Positions 9,374 through 19,725 of a stretch of DNA of 64,000 bases are shown here, piece by piece; position 1 is the first letter of the stretch, and each line of letters opens with the position of its first letter. Origin of the DNA: Dehalococcoidia bacterium (GTDB taxonomy: Bacteria; Chloroflexota; Dehalococcoidia; Lucifugimonadales; UBA1127); the NCBI GenBank assembly GCA_965217675.1, contig OZ244559.1, positions 2,756,355 to 2,820,354 on the forward strand, given 5' to 3'. Under the pieces are notes generated by a model. That model was not told the DNA's origin. It did no database searches and saw only the letters and a list, made by a program, of their open reading frames with translations. A program made the position numbers and the translations under genes.

Positions 9374-10507
9374 CTAGCTGTCGCTGGTGAACCGCGGCAT
9401 CACCTTCGTCGCAAAGGTCTCCAGGTTCTTGAGGGTCTTCTGCAGCGGGATGCCCATGTGGGTGAACTCGACGAGCAGGTAGTCCAGGTGGCAGACCTCC
9501 TGCAACTCGTGGATCTTCTCCACCACGTTCTCAGGGGAGCCGACAAGCAGGTTGCGCGGCTCCAGGAAGTCCCAGTTCAGCTCTATGTTGTCGTCCAAGA
9601 CCTCGTCCGGGTTGGTGAAGACCTGCCTGCCCCGGAATGGGTCGTTGAAGATGAACGCGGACATGATGCCCGCTTCCGCGTCCCGCCGGGCCTCCTCCAT
9701 CGAGGACGCGACATACGTGGAGCGCATGACCGCCTGGTCTTCTCCCAGAGCGAAGGGGCGCCCCTCCCGCTCCGTCCTGACCTGCGCGTACAGTTCCATG
9801 CGCTGCTTGATCCTGAGGGCGGGCGGCTGCCAGTAGCACGCCTTCAGCCCCATTTCAGCCGCAGTCGACACCGAGCGGTCTGTGGAGACGGTCATCCACA
9901 GTGGCGGGTGCGGCTGCTGAAGGGGTTTCGGGGTCACCCGAAGCTTGGTGACACGGTCCCCTTCCTGCCAGGCGGGGTTCGGCGGATACAATGGATGGGA
10001 GAAGACGGTGCCGTCGGCGGGGAAGGTGAAGTTCTCCCCCTGGTGCGAAAAATACTCGTTGGTCCATATCTCCCGCACTATCTCTACCGTCTCCCGGAAC
10101 AGTTCCCGGTTCTCGGCGTCCTTGCGAGGGTCCGCGTTGGGGTGAAACTGTGGACCCTCATACGGCCAGATTCCCCTGCCGAAGCCGACATCCACGCGAC
10201 CGCCGGTCATGTTGTCCAGGATTGCCAGGTCCTCCGCCAGCCGGATCGGGTGCCAGTGCGGAGCGATGTTCGCCATCTGTCCGATGCGAATCCTCGACGT
10301 CCGCGCCGCCAGGTCCGCGCCGAGCAGGATCGGGTTCGGCAAGTCGCCGGCCCTGTAGGGCCCGAAGTGGTGTTCGCCTAACCAAATGGCCTCGAAGCCG
10401 AGCTCCTCGGCCAGGATGGTCTGCTGCCTGAGGTTGTCAATCATCTGCTCGGCGTTGACGGCTTCCCCAGAAGAAGCTGCCACCGTCGTGAAGGCCGCGA
10501 ATCTCAT
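9374..10507 (-). CDS. LLM-class (luciferase-like) flavin-dependent monooxygenase
   Basis: AEELGFEAIWLGEHH, HPIRLAED, GRVDVGFGRG, PKPLQQPHPPLW. Confidence 0.93.
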   Translation of the reverse strand: MRFAAFTTVAASSGEAVNAEQMIDNLRQQTILAEELGFEAIWLGEHHFGPYRAGDLPNPILLGADLAARTSRIRIGQMANIAPHWHPIRLAEDLAILDNMTGGRVDVGFGRGIWPYEGPQFHPNADPRKDAENRELFRETVEIVREIWTNEYFSHQGENFTFPADGTVFSHPLYPPNPAWQEGDRVTKLRVTPKPLQQPHPPLWMTVSTDRSVSTAAEMGLKACYWQPPALRIKQRMELYAQVRTEREGRPFALGEDQAVMRSTYVASSMEEARRDAEAGIMSAFIFNDPFRGRQVFTNPDEVLDDNIELNWDFLEPRNLLVGSPENVVEKIHELQEVCHLDYLLVEFTHMGIPLQKTLKNLETFATKVMPRFTSDS

Positions 10508-10616
10508 GAGTGGGACCTCCCCTTTCCTGGTTCGTCAGCAGTCCCAAGGTGACTGCCACCGTTCGGAATATAAACGACGGCCTGCCCCCATCATGAGACG
10601 TTGACAGGCGTCGATT

Positions 10617-10645
10617 TTGCACCCCCAAATGGGTGGTGCTACACT
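10617..10645 (+). promoter_or_regulatory. Sigma70-type promoter
   Basis: TTGCAC-N17-TACACT with extended TG, upstream of AAGGAG RBS and ATG 10677. Confidence 0.55.
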
Positions 10646-10676
10646 TTCGGGCCAGCATACTACAAGGAGTGGGCCC

Positions 10677-11729
10677 ATGCCATCGAGCGAACAGCGAGGT
10701 CTCGTCCAGACCGTGCTTGGCCCTGTGCCGCCATCGAATCTCGGCGCCACCACGACCCACGAGCACCTCTACATCGACTTCTCATTCATGTATCGCCCCG
10801 CCCAGGACTCGCCACGCGAGGAAATGGCCGATGCATGCATAGGCCTGGAGAACCTCGGATGGATACGGCGCAACTACTACAGCAACCGGTCCAACCTCAC
10901 GCTGATGGACCTCGACACGATCATTGGCGAAGTCAAAAAGTTCAATGAAGTTGGCGGAGGCGCGATGGTGGACGCGACCTCGATTGGCATCGGCCGCAAC
11001 CCGGTTGCGCTGTCCGAGATATCGCGGGGATCGGGCGTCCACATCATCATGGGCGCGGGTCACTACGTGGCGGCCGTCCATCCCGAAGACATGGGTGAAC
11101 GTACCGAGGAGCAGCTGGCGCGGGAGATTGTCGGCGACATTGTTGACGGCGTCGATGGCAGTGGCATAAAGGCGGGCATCATCGGGGAGATCGGCTGCAC
11201 ATGGCCGCTGGCCCCGAACGAGCGCAAGACTCTGACCGCGGGGGCGATCGCCCAGCAAGAGACGGGCGCGGCGATATTGATCCATCCCGGACGGAACCCG
11301 GACGCGCCGGCGGAGATCCTGGAGGTGCTGGCCAACGGCGGCGCGGACCTGTCCCGAGTGATCATGGGACACCTGGACCGCACCGTGTTTGAGTTCGACG
11401 CGCTGCTGAGCATTGCCGAGTCCGGCTGCTACCTTGAGTGGGACCTCTTCGGCAACGAGGGGTCGTACTATCCCCTTGCCGAGATCGACATGCCCAGCGA
11501 CGCCCAGAGGATGGGTTTCATCAAGCGCATCGCCGACGCCGGCTACGCCGACAAGATCGTCATTGGGCAGGACATCTGCACGAAGCACCGGCTGACCAAG
11601 TACGGTGGCCACGGCTACGGCCACATCCTCGAGAACATCGTCCCCAAGATGCGGCGCAAGGGGTTTTCAGAAGACCTCATCCACGCCATAACCGTGGGCA
11701 ACCCGGCCAGCATCCTCGCCTTCGTCTAA
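10677..11729 (+). CDS. Phosphotriesterase-family amidohydrolase
   Basis: QTVLGP, THEH, GIIGEIG, IHP, GHLD, QD metal ligands, NPA C-terminus. Confidence 0.92.
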   Translation: MPSSEQRGLVQTVLGPVPPSNLGATTTHEHLYIDFSFMYRPAQDSPREEMADACIGLENLGWIRRNYYSNRSNLTLMDLDTIIGEVKKFNEVGGGAMVDATSIGIGRNPVALSEISRGSGVHIIMGAGHYVAAVHPEDMGERTEEQLAREIVGDIVDGVDGSGIKAGIIGEIGCTWPLAPNERKTLTAGAIAQQETGAAILIHPGRNPDAPAEILEVLANGGADLSRVIMGHLDRTVFEFDALLSIAESGCYLEWDLFGNEGSYYPLAEIDMPSDAQRMGFIKRIADAGYADKIVIGQDICTKHRLTKYGGHGYGHILENIVPKMRRKGFSEDLIHAITVGNPASILAFV

Positions 11730-11793
11730 GACCAACCGTGCTGGCATTTGCGCGGAACGTGACTGCGTGGCGGCCTCGGCCAGCGCCGCTAAC

Positions 11794-12651
11794 CTACGCG
11801 CTCACCTCGGGCGACCAGTTGTAGACCTTCGCGAGCGTTCCACCCATAGGCGCGGACCGCTCTGAATCCGAGAGCTCATCGGTAACCTGGAATGCCTCAA
11901 CGCTCTGCTCGTAGGTCAAGAGCTTCCACGCCCGGGTCCAGTCGGTGCCCCAGATGCACCGTTCCATCCCGAACGCGTCAATGATCCGTCGCAGGGGCTC
12001 CCAGATGTCCGGGTATGGAAAGGGCTCATGGGACAGGGTGCAGGCCCCGGAGATCTTGATGGCCACGTTGTCGAAAGCTGCCAGCGAAAGCACGTCGGGG
12101 AGTTCGGCAAACGGCTCCGGCGGCACGGGCGGCGCATAGGGCTGGATCAGCCCGACGTGGTCAACCACCAGCCGGGTGTTTGGATGTTGCCGAGCCAGCT
12201 CGCGAAAGAGTGGGACCAGGCCCCAACACAGAACGTTCACCGGAAGGCCGGTTTGGGTCCCGGCGGCGAGCACGCGATGCAGCCCCGGGTCGTCCGCTTC
12301 AAATGGCTCCCGCGTAAGCATGAGGCGCGCCCCGACCACGCCTGGAGTCCCTGCCCACTCAGCCATCTCGTCAGCGACCGTCTCCGAGTGGGGATCAAAG
12401 GGCTTGATCAGGCCGAACCTGCCCGGATGCTTCGCGTACACCTCGAGTGCGTAGCTGGCATCGTAGCGATACATGGAGAACGGCGAGACCAGCAAGGTCC
12501 CGTCAACCCCAACCGCGTCCATCGCCGCCACGATATCGTCGCCGGTGACCTCTGCGGGACCCTCCAATGTCCCCATCCAGGGACGCTCAGGACGGTCGCG
12601 CTCATAGGCATGCACCTGTGAGTCAATAACGGGAGTCCGAGTTGCCATCAT
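11794..12651 (-). CDS. Amidohydrolase_2 family (lactonase-like)
   Basis: IDSQVH, VVDHVG, IKISG, WGTDW. Confidence 0.88.
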   Translation of the reverse strand: MMATRTPVIDSQVHAYERDRPERPWMGTLEGPAEVTGDDIVAAMDAVGVDGTLLVSPFSMYRYDASYALEVYAKHPGRFGLIKPFDPHSETVADEMAEWAGTPGVVGARLMLTREPFEADDPGLHRVLAAGTQTGLPVNVLCWGLVPLFRELARQHPNTRLVVDHVGLIQPYAPPVPPEPFAELPDVLSLAAFDNVAIKISGACTLSHEPFPYPDIWEPLRRIIDAFGMERCIWGTDWTRAWKLLTYEQSVEAFQVTDELSDSERSAPMGGTLAKVYNWSPEVSA

Positions 12652-12920
12652 TCTTCTCCTGGTCACATGCAGACGTTGGTTTGGCGCGGGATGCCCTGCA
12701 CCAGCGCTCCCCAAGAATGTCGACTAAACCATGCCAGTCTACACCCGCCCCAACACGCGGGGGCGGTGTCGGCCTGCCGTCGTCGCCGTGACAACTTGTG
12801 GTACGATGCCGCCAATGGGCCTCGGAATCGCTGAACGTGAATGCCCTCTCCACCGAATCTGAGCGGCTATTGCATTCCCGCGATTCAGACACCCGTATCG
12901 CAGGCTCGGGAAAGAAGCGT

Positions 12921-13631
12921 ATGGAGGCGTTGAAAGACAGGGTCGCCCTGATTACGGGCGGCGGGCGCGGCATCGGCAGGGCGATCGCAATGACGTTCGC
13001 CCGGGAAGGCGCCCGGACAGCCGTAACCGGACGCAGCATGGATCGTCTGACGCAGGTCGTCGATGAGATTCGCGCCGAGGGAGGCGTCGCGCAGGCCTTC
13101 GAGTTAGACGTGACGCGTGAGGACGACGCCGTCCGGGTCGCGGAACAGCTCGTCGAGGCTTGGGGACAGATAGACATCCTTGTCAACAACGCCGGAATCA
13201 TCTTCTATGACACACCCGTGTGGGCCACCACGGTGGAACAGTGGGACCAGTTGATGAACACCAATCTGCGAGGCATGTTCCTCGCGTGCCGTGCGGTTGT
13301 GCCCCACATGATGCGAAGGGAGCAGGGGCGCATCATCAACATTGGCTCGTCGTCGGGCAGGGTGCCCGAGGGCGACTACGGGGCCTACGTCGCGTCAAAG
13401 TTTGGCGTTGTGGGCTACACGGCCTCGCTGGCCCACTCGCTTCGCCCCTACGGCATCACCGTCAACGGCCTCAACCCGGACTGGGTGGACACCGACATGG
13501 CCAGAGCCGCCAACCCCGAGGGAGACCCGGAGTGGATAACCCCGGACGAGATGGCACAGGCGGCGCTGTACCTGGCGGCGCATGCCCCCAAGCTCATGAC
13601 CGGACAGTTCATTGACATGTTCGGTGCATGA
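12921..13631 (+). CDS. Short-chain dehydrogenase/reductase
   Basis: TGGGRGIG, NNAG, YVASK. Confidence 0.93.
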   Translation: MEALKDRVALITGGGRGIGRAIAMTFAREGARTAVTGRSMDRLTQVVDEIRAEGGVAQAFELDVTREDDAVRVAEQLVEAWGQIDILVNNAGIIFYDTPVWATTVEQWDQLMNTNLRGMFLACRAVVPHMMRREQGRIINIGSSSGRVPEGDYGAYVASKFGVVGYTASLAHSLRPYGITVNGLNPDWVDTDMARAANPEGDPEWITPDEMAQAALYLAAHAPKLMTGQFIDMFGA

Positions 13632-13661
13632 CCGTAGATAACGGACGAAAGGAGTCTTTGC

Positions 13662-14393
13662 ATGGGTAGTAGCGACGACTATTCCGAGTCCTTCTACAAG
13701 CGACACGCGCAACGCTACGCCGAGGTCAGCCACAACTACATTCAGTCCGTCTACAGCAACGTCTCCCATCCGGCCCTTACCGGAGACGCGGACGTCATGG
13801 ACCGCCTCACGGAGCTTGTTCCCCCCAGCTCCCGAGGGCTCGACGCCGGCTGCGGCGCCGGCGCCCGCGATGTCTTTCTTCTATGGCAGAATGGTTACGA
13901 TGTCTATGGGATTGACGCCGTGGAGGAGAACATCCTGGAGGCGCGCAGGATGCACCCCGAGATCACACGGAGGGTGTCGGTCGCTGACCTCCGGGAGCCC
14001 CTCGCCTATCCCGACGCGTCCTTTGACTTCCTCTTGTGCAACGGGGTCATCCAACACATCGAACCGGACATCGTGCTGGGGCGTACCCTCGGGGAGTTCG
14101 CGAGGTTGCTGAAGCCGGGAGGCGTGCTCCAGCTCGTATTCAAGGTCGGAACGGGAGTCGTGTCCGTCTACGACAAGGACTATGCCTCTGACAGGGCATT
14201 CCACCTGTACGGCGCGGATGAGGTGCTGGAGCGGTTGACGGACCTAGGGTTGCGGGTGATTCCGGAGGAGGGGGGAAAGCTGGGAGGCGTCATGTATTTC
14301 ACAGACCCCAAGCCGATGGACCATTGCCTCCTGTTCGCGTACAAGACCGACGAAGGCAGCGGCTCTCCGTCGGAGGCTGCGGAACAGCGATGA
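13662..14393 (+). CDS. Class I SAM-dependent methyltransferase
   Basis: LDAGCGAG, LKPGG. Confidence 0.88.
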   Translation: MGSSDDYSESFYKRHAQRYAEVSHNYIQSVYSNVSHPALTGDADVMDRLTELVPPSSRGLDAGCGAGARDVFLLWQNGYDVYGIDAVEENILEARRMHPEITRRVSVADLREPLAYPDASFDFLLCNGVIQHIEPDIVLGRTLGEFARLLKPGGVLQLVFKVGTGVVSVYDKDYASDRAFHLYGADEVLERLTDLGLRVIPEEGGKLGGVMYFTDPKPMDHCLLFAYKTDEGSGSPSEAAEQR

Positions 14394-15481
14394 CCGGACT
14401 GCCCGTTCCCAGCCGCCTACAGGAGGTCACCCCCTCCTGGTTGACCGAAGCCCTCCGCGGGTCCGGGCTATCGGGCAGCGCCTCTGTCACCGCCTGTTCG
14501 TCCGAGTCCATTTCCGAAGGCAAGGGGTTCATGAGCCAGCTCTTTCGCCTGTGGCTCGACTATGACACCGACCCGGCGGACCTGCCGCGCTCCGTAATCG
14601 TCAAGCTGCCCTCTGCCGACCCACCCATGCGGCAGTTCTTCGACCGGCTGGGACAGAACCAGTGCGAGGTCAGGTTCTACCAGAGCGTGGCGACCCATGG
14701 GCACCTGCAAACCCCTCGAAGCTACCACAGCGGCATTGACTCCGAGACCGGAAACACCGTTCTCCTGCTGGAGGACATGAGCCATGCCCGCCAAGGCGAT
14801 AGCGTGGCTGGTTGCACAATGGAAGAGGCCCGCCAAGCCATCGGCCAACTGGCGAAATTCCATGCCGCATGGTGGAACAGCCCCCGTCTGGACGGTCTGG
14901 ACTGGATGCCTTGTAAGGATACCCATACCGACGTCTATGAGGAGTTGTACGCGGATGCGTGGGAGTCCTTCACTGGGAAGGCCAGCGACGGCTTGCCTCC
15001 TCGCCTGCGGTTGGTCGGAGACAAGCTGAGAGACGGGGTCAGGACCATCAAGGCCAGGCTCGCAAGCCCCCCGCGGACGCTCGCCCATGGAGACTATCGG
15101 CTGGACAACTGCTTCTTCTCTACGGCCGACGATTCCCAGTCGCTTGTGGTCTTCGATTGGGAGTTCTGCGCGCGAGGCCGCGGCACATATGACGTCGCAA
15201 CCTTCATAAGCGAGGCGTTCCCCACCCAGCAGCGACGGGAAGAGGAGATGGGCCTCCTCCGCGTGTATCATGCCACCCTTCTGGAGCAAGGCGTCGGCGG
15301 CTATGGGTTTGACGAGTGCCTGGTAGACTACCGGCTCTCGATGCTGGAGATCCTCGTATTCTGGATAGTCACCGGAGGCTACTGCGACTACGACGGTGAA
15401 CGCGCCACCGCGTACCTGCACAACTCGCTGGCCCGCTTCGACGCCGCAATAGCCGACCTCGCCTGCATGGAGTTGCTCTAG
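14390..15481 (+). CDS. APH/choline-kinase-like phosphotransferase
   Basis: VIVK, EVRFY, HGDYRLDN, FDWE; ATGA overlap with the upstream gene. Confidence 0.88.
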   Translation: MTGLPVPSRLQEVTPSWLTEALRGSGLSGSASVTACSSESISEGKGFMSQLFRLWLDYDTDPADLPRSVIVKLPSADPPMRQFFDRLGQNQCEVRFYQSVATHGHLQTPRSYHSGIDSETGNTVLLLEDMSHARQGDSVAGCTMEEARQAIGQLAKFHAAWWNSPRLDGLDWMPCKDTHTDVYEELYADAWESFTGKASDGLPPRLRLVGDKLRDGVRTIKARLASPPRTLAHGDYRLDNCFFSTADDSQSLVVFDWEFCARGRGTYDVATFISEAFPTQQRREEEMGLLRVYHATLLEQGVGGYGFDECLVDYRLSMLEILVFWIVTGGYCDYDGERATAYLHNSLARFDAAIADLACMELL

Positions 15482-15598
15482 GAGGGACGGAGAACCGCAC
15501 TTGCAGACACAGTTCCTTGGGGATGTGAAGGCTCTGAGAATGTAGCTAGCGGAACGTACTGAGGTAACTGGCGGCTTTGTGCTCGGGAGTGTTATTGG

Positions 15599-16348
15599 AT
15601 GGATAGGCCAAATATTCAAGAGATCAAGAAGAACCGGGAAGTTGCTCATGCATTGGAGTTAATTCGCCGGCTTGGCATTGTTCCTGTGCCTAGGGTGGAG
15701 TCAGGTGAAAGGCCTGACATACGGATGGAGGTTGGCGAGTCCATCGTAGGCGTTGAAGTGACTCAGTTTTTCTTTCCCTTTGGTGACCCTGCAGTCAATA
15801 ACCATTTGCCATCGCTCCAGAATCAGGCCGTCCACTATGCTTGGCAGCGATTTCGACAGTGTGGAGGCATACCGCTCTACGCGATGTTCGAGTTCTCTGA
15901 AGACAAAGAGCGCTGTGGACCACTGGATACTAAGAAGATGAGGGACTTGGCTGGGAGGTTGTGCGAACTGGTGAGGTCAATAGGAGCACCAGCTGATCTG
16001 GAATATGGGGTGGATAGCGAATTGTCATCGGTACCTGAACTCGACCGATGTTGGGTTGATCCAAGCTTGGATGGTGTCAGTGAATTATGGGGAGCTCCCC
16101 GTGCCACAATGGGAACCAACGTCTCCTCAAGGCAAGTGCAAGAATGCTTGAATTCCAAGCGAGACAGATACGAAGCCTATGCCTGCAACGTCTCAACGGT
16201 GTGGCTGTTGATCGTCAACGACTGGCCAATGCAAGCCGCAGCTTCGAGGATTGGCGAAGAAGCACGCACGGCAATCTATTCCTTCCCATACGAGAGGGTG
16301 TTCTGGTTGGATCTTGACGGCGATTTGGTCGAACTTCAAAGGCAGTAG
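15599..16348 (+). CDS. Hypothetical protein, PD-(D/E)xK-like nuclease fold
   Basis: ESGERPDI...VGVEVT pattern; lower GC than flanks. Confidence 0.6.
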   Translation: MDRPNIQEIKKNREVAHALELIRRLGIVPVPRVESGERPDIRMEVGESIVGVEVTQFFFPFGDPAVNNHLPSLQNQAVHYAWQRFRQCGGIPLYAMFEFSEDKERCGPLDTKKMRDLAGRLCELVRSIGAPADLEYGVDSELSSVPELDRCWVDPSLDGVSELWGAPRATMGTNVSSRQVQECLNSKRDRYEAYACNVSTVWLLIVNDWPMQAAASRIGEEARTAIYSFPYERVFWLDLDGDLVELQRQ

Positions 16349-16465
16349 TGCCTATTTTGCACCCACCCCAACACCCGCGTTCTGCGGTAGAATGCGCCGT
16401 GTCACAGGCGAGCGGCCCGTCGGTTAGGGCCTTCGCGCCGCCGCTCTGCCGTAAGAAGGATAGCC

Positions 16466-17617
16466 ATGCCCGATTCTCTGCCAACCGACGTTCAGCGCGG
16501 CGCATCTCGCGTGGGTGACCCCGCGTTTGACGGCATCGTCTTGCGCATCGCAGAGGCGTCGGACGAGATTGAGCGCGAGCGCCGGATCCCCGTGGACATC
16601 GCCCGCGACATGATTGACGAGGGCCTCTTCCGCCTGCTGGTGCCCCGCTCCCTGGGCGGCGGCGAGGTCGACTACCTGGACTATTTAACGATGGTCCGGG
16701 CCATCGCGACGGCGGACGGCAGCACCGGCTGGTGCTTCAACCAGAACAACATCCTCGGCACCATGGCGTCCATCATGCCGAGGCGCCTGGCGGAGGAGGT
16801 CTGGAGCGACCCTCGCGCCGTCCTCTGCAATGGTCCGCCGCAGTTCGCGCAGGTCTCGGAGGTGGAGGGCGGCTACTCGCTCACGGGCCGGTGGAACTTC
16901 AGCAGCGGCTCACCGCAGGCCAATTGGGCGGTGGCCATCAGCCGCGTCGCCGACGCCAATACGATAACGTTCGTCATCCCCAAGGACCAGGTCACCTTCT
17001 TCGACTCGTGGCAGGTGAACGGGCTCCGAGGCACTGGCAGCTTCAGCTTCGAGACCAAGGACCTCTTCGTGCCGGCGAGCCACAGCTACGTCGAGGCCCG
17101 CACGCCAAACGAGAGCGGCCCGCTGTACCTGATCCCCCGCGGCCTGTTCTTCGGCTCCGGGTTCGGGTCGGTCGCGCTGGGCGTTGCCCGCTCCAGCCTC
17201 GACCTCGCGAAGGAGGCCGCGCTGCGCAAGACGCCGCAGGAGCAGTCACTGCTGCGGGACCAGCCCGCAGTCCAGGGCGACATCGGCCGTGCCGAGGCGC
17301 TTTGGGGCGCCGCCTCCGCCTACCTGTGGGAGAAGGCCACGAATCTCTGGCGCTGCGCCGTCGACCGCGGTTTCATCACCATGGAAGAGCGCGCTAACCT
17401 GCGGTTGGCCAGCACACACGCCATCCGCCAGGCGGTCGAGGTAGTCGACATCGCCTACGGCGTTTTCGGCGCGACGGCCATCTTTGAGACCAGCCCCATC
17501 CAGCGCAAGTTCCAGGACGCCCACGCCATCACCCAGCAGATCCAGGGCCGCCTGGAGCACTACCAGACGGTGGGCCAGTACTTCCTGGGCATGGAGCCCC
17601 GGGCCAGACTGCTCTAG
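16466..17617 (+). CDS. Acyl-CoA-dehydrogenase-fold flavin-dependent hydroxylase (HsaA/C2-like)
   Basis: LVPRSLGG, GRWNFSSG, WQVNGLRGTGS, IQRKFQD. Confidence 0.85.
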   Translation: MPDSLPTDVQRGASRVGDPAFDGIVLRIAEASDEIERERRIPVDIARDMIDEGLFRLLVPRSLGGGEVDYLDYLTMVRAIATADGSTGWCFNQNNILGTMASIMPRRLAEEVWSDPRAVLCNGPPQFAQVSEVEGGYSLTGRWNFSSGSPQANWAVAISRVADANTITFVIPKDQVTFFDSWQVNGLRGTGSFSFETKDLFVPASHSYVEARTPNESGPLYLIPRGLFFGSGFGSVALGVARSSLDLAKEAALRKTPQEQSLLRDQPAVQGDIGRAEALWGAASAYLWEKATNLWRCAVDRGFITMEERANLRLASTHAIRQAVEVVDIAYGVFGATAIFETSPIQRKFQDAHAITQQIQGRLEHYQTVGQYFLGMEPRARLL

Positions 17618-17795
17618 CCGCCAAAGGCGCCGCCCGTGCGCGCCTCGCTTACCCTTCCCGGATTTCCGCAAGATTGGGACTCTGCAATGCGCCGCGAGAG
17701 GCCACAGGGTTTACGAATTCCTTAGAATTGGTACGATTGTACTTGGGCACGCCACCGTTCCGCGTCAGCCGTCAGACCAAGAAAGGGTCCAATTT

Positions 17796-19715
17796 GTGAA
17801 GGCAGCCCTCAGGCCACAAGGCCTCATTGACGTAGTGTTTGTAGCCCTCACCTTTGCGGTGGGGGTGCAGTTGCTCCGTCTCTTCATCACGGGCATGGTC
17901 TTTTACCTCCGAGAGGTCCGGGAGTTCAGCACGGTGTCCATCGGGGGGATTGCCTTTCTCGTGTTTGGCACGGCCTTCCTGGCGCCCATCGCCGTGCGGT
18001 GGCTGGGACCCCGCCGGACGCTGCTCGCCGCTGTTGCCGTCATGGGGCTCGCGCGGCTGGCCGAGCAGAGCGTGACGTCGCCGCAGATTGACCTTGTGCT
18101 GGCGGGCGTTGGCGTCGTCGCATTCCTCCCCGTCATCCCCCTGTCGATGGCGATGCTCGATACCAAGTCGACGACGGGCGCCGGCCACTGGCGCTACGGC
18201 CTGCTGCTGGGGCTCGCGCTCGATACGGCGGTCAAGGGCGGCCTCGGCACGCTGGACGCCTCCTGGCAGGCCGGGGCATGGATTGGCCTCGTGGGCTTGG
18301 GGCTGCCGCTGGTGCTGTTGGCGCTCGTGCAGCGAGAGGCATCGAGGACTGGCTGGGAGTCGCCTGCCACCCCGGACGTTCGCTCGGCTCTGCCGTTGCT
18401 GGCGATTGGCCCATTCCTGTTTCTGGAGATGCTCCTCTTCCAGAACGTGGCGCAACAGACAGCGCTCATCGATTGGCCGCAGCCCGCCGTGCTTGCGTGG
18501 ATTGCGGTGGCCAACAGTGCGGGAGTCCTTGCGGTCTGGGGGGTCATGGGCAAGCGCATCCCTTGGCCCGTCATTGTGCTGGCGGCCGTGCTCCTGGCGG
18601 CTGCGGTGAATTGGGAACGCAGTGGCTGGCAGGCAGCCGTTGTGGTGCTTGTCGGCCACATGGCGGCGGTGACCCTCATGGCCAAGTCCATTTCCGGCGA
18701 CCCCATGCCCCGCGACTCCTGGGGCCTCAGCGCCGTCTGGACCGGCGCCATTGGCGCCGTGCTCTTTCTGGCTCTCGCCTTTGTCTACTACGCCGGGTAC
18801 GACATCGACGTGGGTGTTACGCAGCAGGCCGTGCTTCTTGCCGCGGTGGCGCTCCTGATGCTGCCCGTGCTCGTCCCACAACGGCGGACGGGACCTATGC
18901 CGGAGCGAAACGCATTGGCTGTGATGGCGCCGTTCCTGCTCCTAGTGGCCCCTTTGGCCCTCACCTTGAGCTGGAGCATTCAGAACCCCGGCCCCCCGCA
19001 AAGCCTGCCCATTCGCGTCATGAGCTACAACATCCACCAGGGGTTCGGCACCGCCGGCGACTTGAACTTGGAGGCGTTGGCCCTCGCCATAGAGGCCGAG
19101 CGTCCGGACGTAGTCGCCCTGCAGGAGGTGTCCCGAGGGTGGTTGGTGAATGGCTCTGTCGACACGATGGAGTGGCTCTCCCAGCGGCTGGGCATGCCCT
19201 ACGTCTGGGGCCCGGCCGCCGACTCCGTCTGGGGCAACGCCGTCCTCAGCCGCCTGCCGGTGACCGGAGTCGAGCACCACGGCATGCCCAACAACAGCGA
19301 ACTTCTCGTGGAGCGCGGCTTCCTCTGGGTGGAGCTCGACACGGGTCAGGGCACGCGGCTGCAGGTCATCGCGACGCACTTCCACTCCGGTGATGGCGAC
19401 AGCCACCTGCGGGTGCCCCAGTCCCTCGCCGTCCTGAAGCGCTGGAACAACAAGGAGCGGACCATCCTGCTGGGCGACTTCAACGGCAGGCCGGAGTCGC
19501 GGGAAGTCCATGCCATTGTCAACGCGGGCTTCAGCGACGCCTTTGTGGAGACGGGAGCGGCTGGGCCCGGATTCACCTTCGCCTCCGACGACCTTGTCGA
19601 GCGCATCGACTACATCTTCGTGACGCCGGACCTTGCGGTGCGGGACTACTCGGCGAGGGTGACGCAGGCCTCGGACCACCTGCCCATCGCCGTCACGGTG
19701 GACGACGCGCCGTAG
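17796..19715 (+). CDS. Multi-TM protein with C-terminal endonuclease/exonuclease/phosphatase (EEP) domain
   Basis: Many TM helices, then MSYNIH, ALQE, GDFN, RIDYIF, SDHLP; start approximate. Confidence 0.85.
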   Translation: MKAALRPQGLIDVVFVALTFAVGVQLLRLFITGMVFYLREVREFSTVSIGGIAFLVFGTAFLAPIAVRWLGPRRTLLAAVAVMGLARLAEQSVTSPQIDLVLAGVGVVAFLPVIPLSMAMLDTKSTTGAGHWRYGLLLGLALDTAVKGGLGTLDASWQAGAWIGLVGLGLPLVLLALVQREASRTGWESPATPDVRSALPLLAIGPFLFLEMLLFQNVAQQTALIDWPQPAVLAWIAVANSAGVLAVWGVMGKRIPWPVIVLAAVLLAAAVNWERSGWQAAVVVLVGHMAAVTLMAKSISGDPMPRDSWGLSAVWTGAIGAVLFLALAFVYYAGYDIDVGVTQQAVLLAAVALLMLPVLVPQRRTGPMPERNALAVMAPFLLLVAPLALTLSWSIQNPGPPQSLPIRVMSYNIHQGFGTAGDLNLEALALAIEAERPDVVALQEVSRGWLVNGSVDTMEWLSQRLGMPYVWGPAADSVWGNAVLSRLPVTGVEHHGMPNNSELLVERGFLWVELDTGQGTRLQVIATHFHSGDGDSHLRVPQSLAVLKRWNNKERTILLGDFNGRPESREVHAIVNAGFSDAFVETGAAGPGFTFASDDLVERIDYIFVTPDLAVRDYSARVTQASDHLPIAVTVDDAP

Positions 19716-19725
19716 CCCAAGTGCC

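Noticed and set aside
9290-16465. tRNA-Leu-anchored island with attL/attR
   Set aside because: No repeat of the tRNA-Leu 3' end and no integrase seen in the window.
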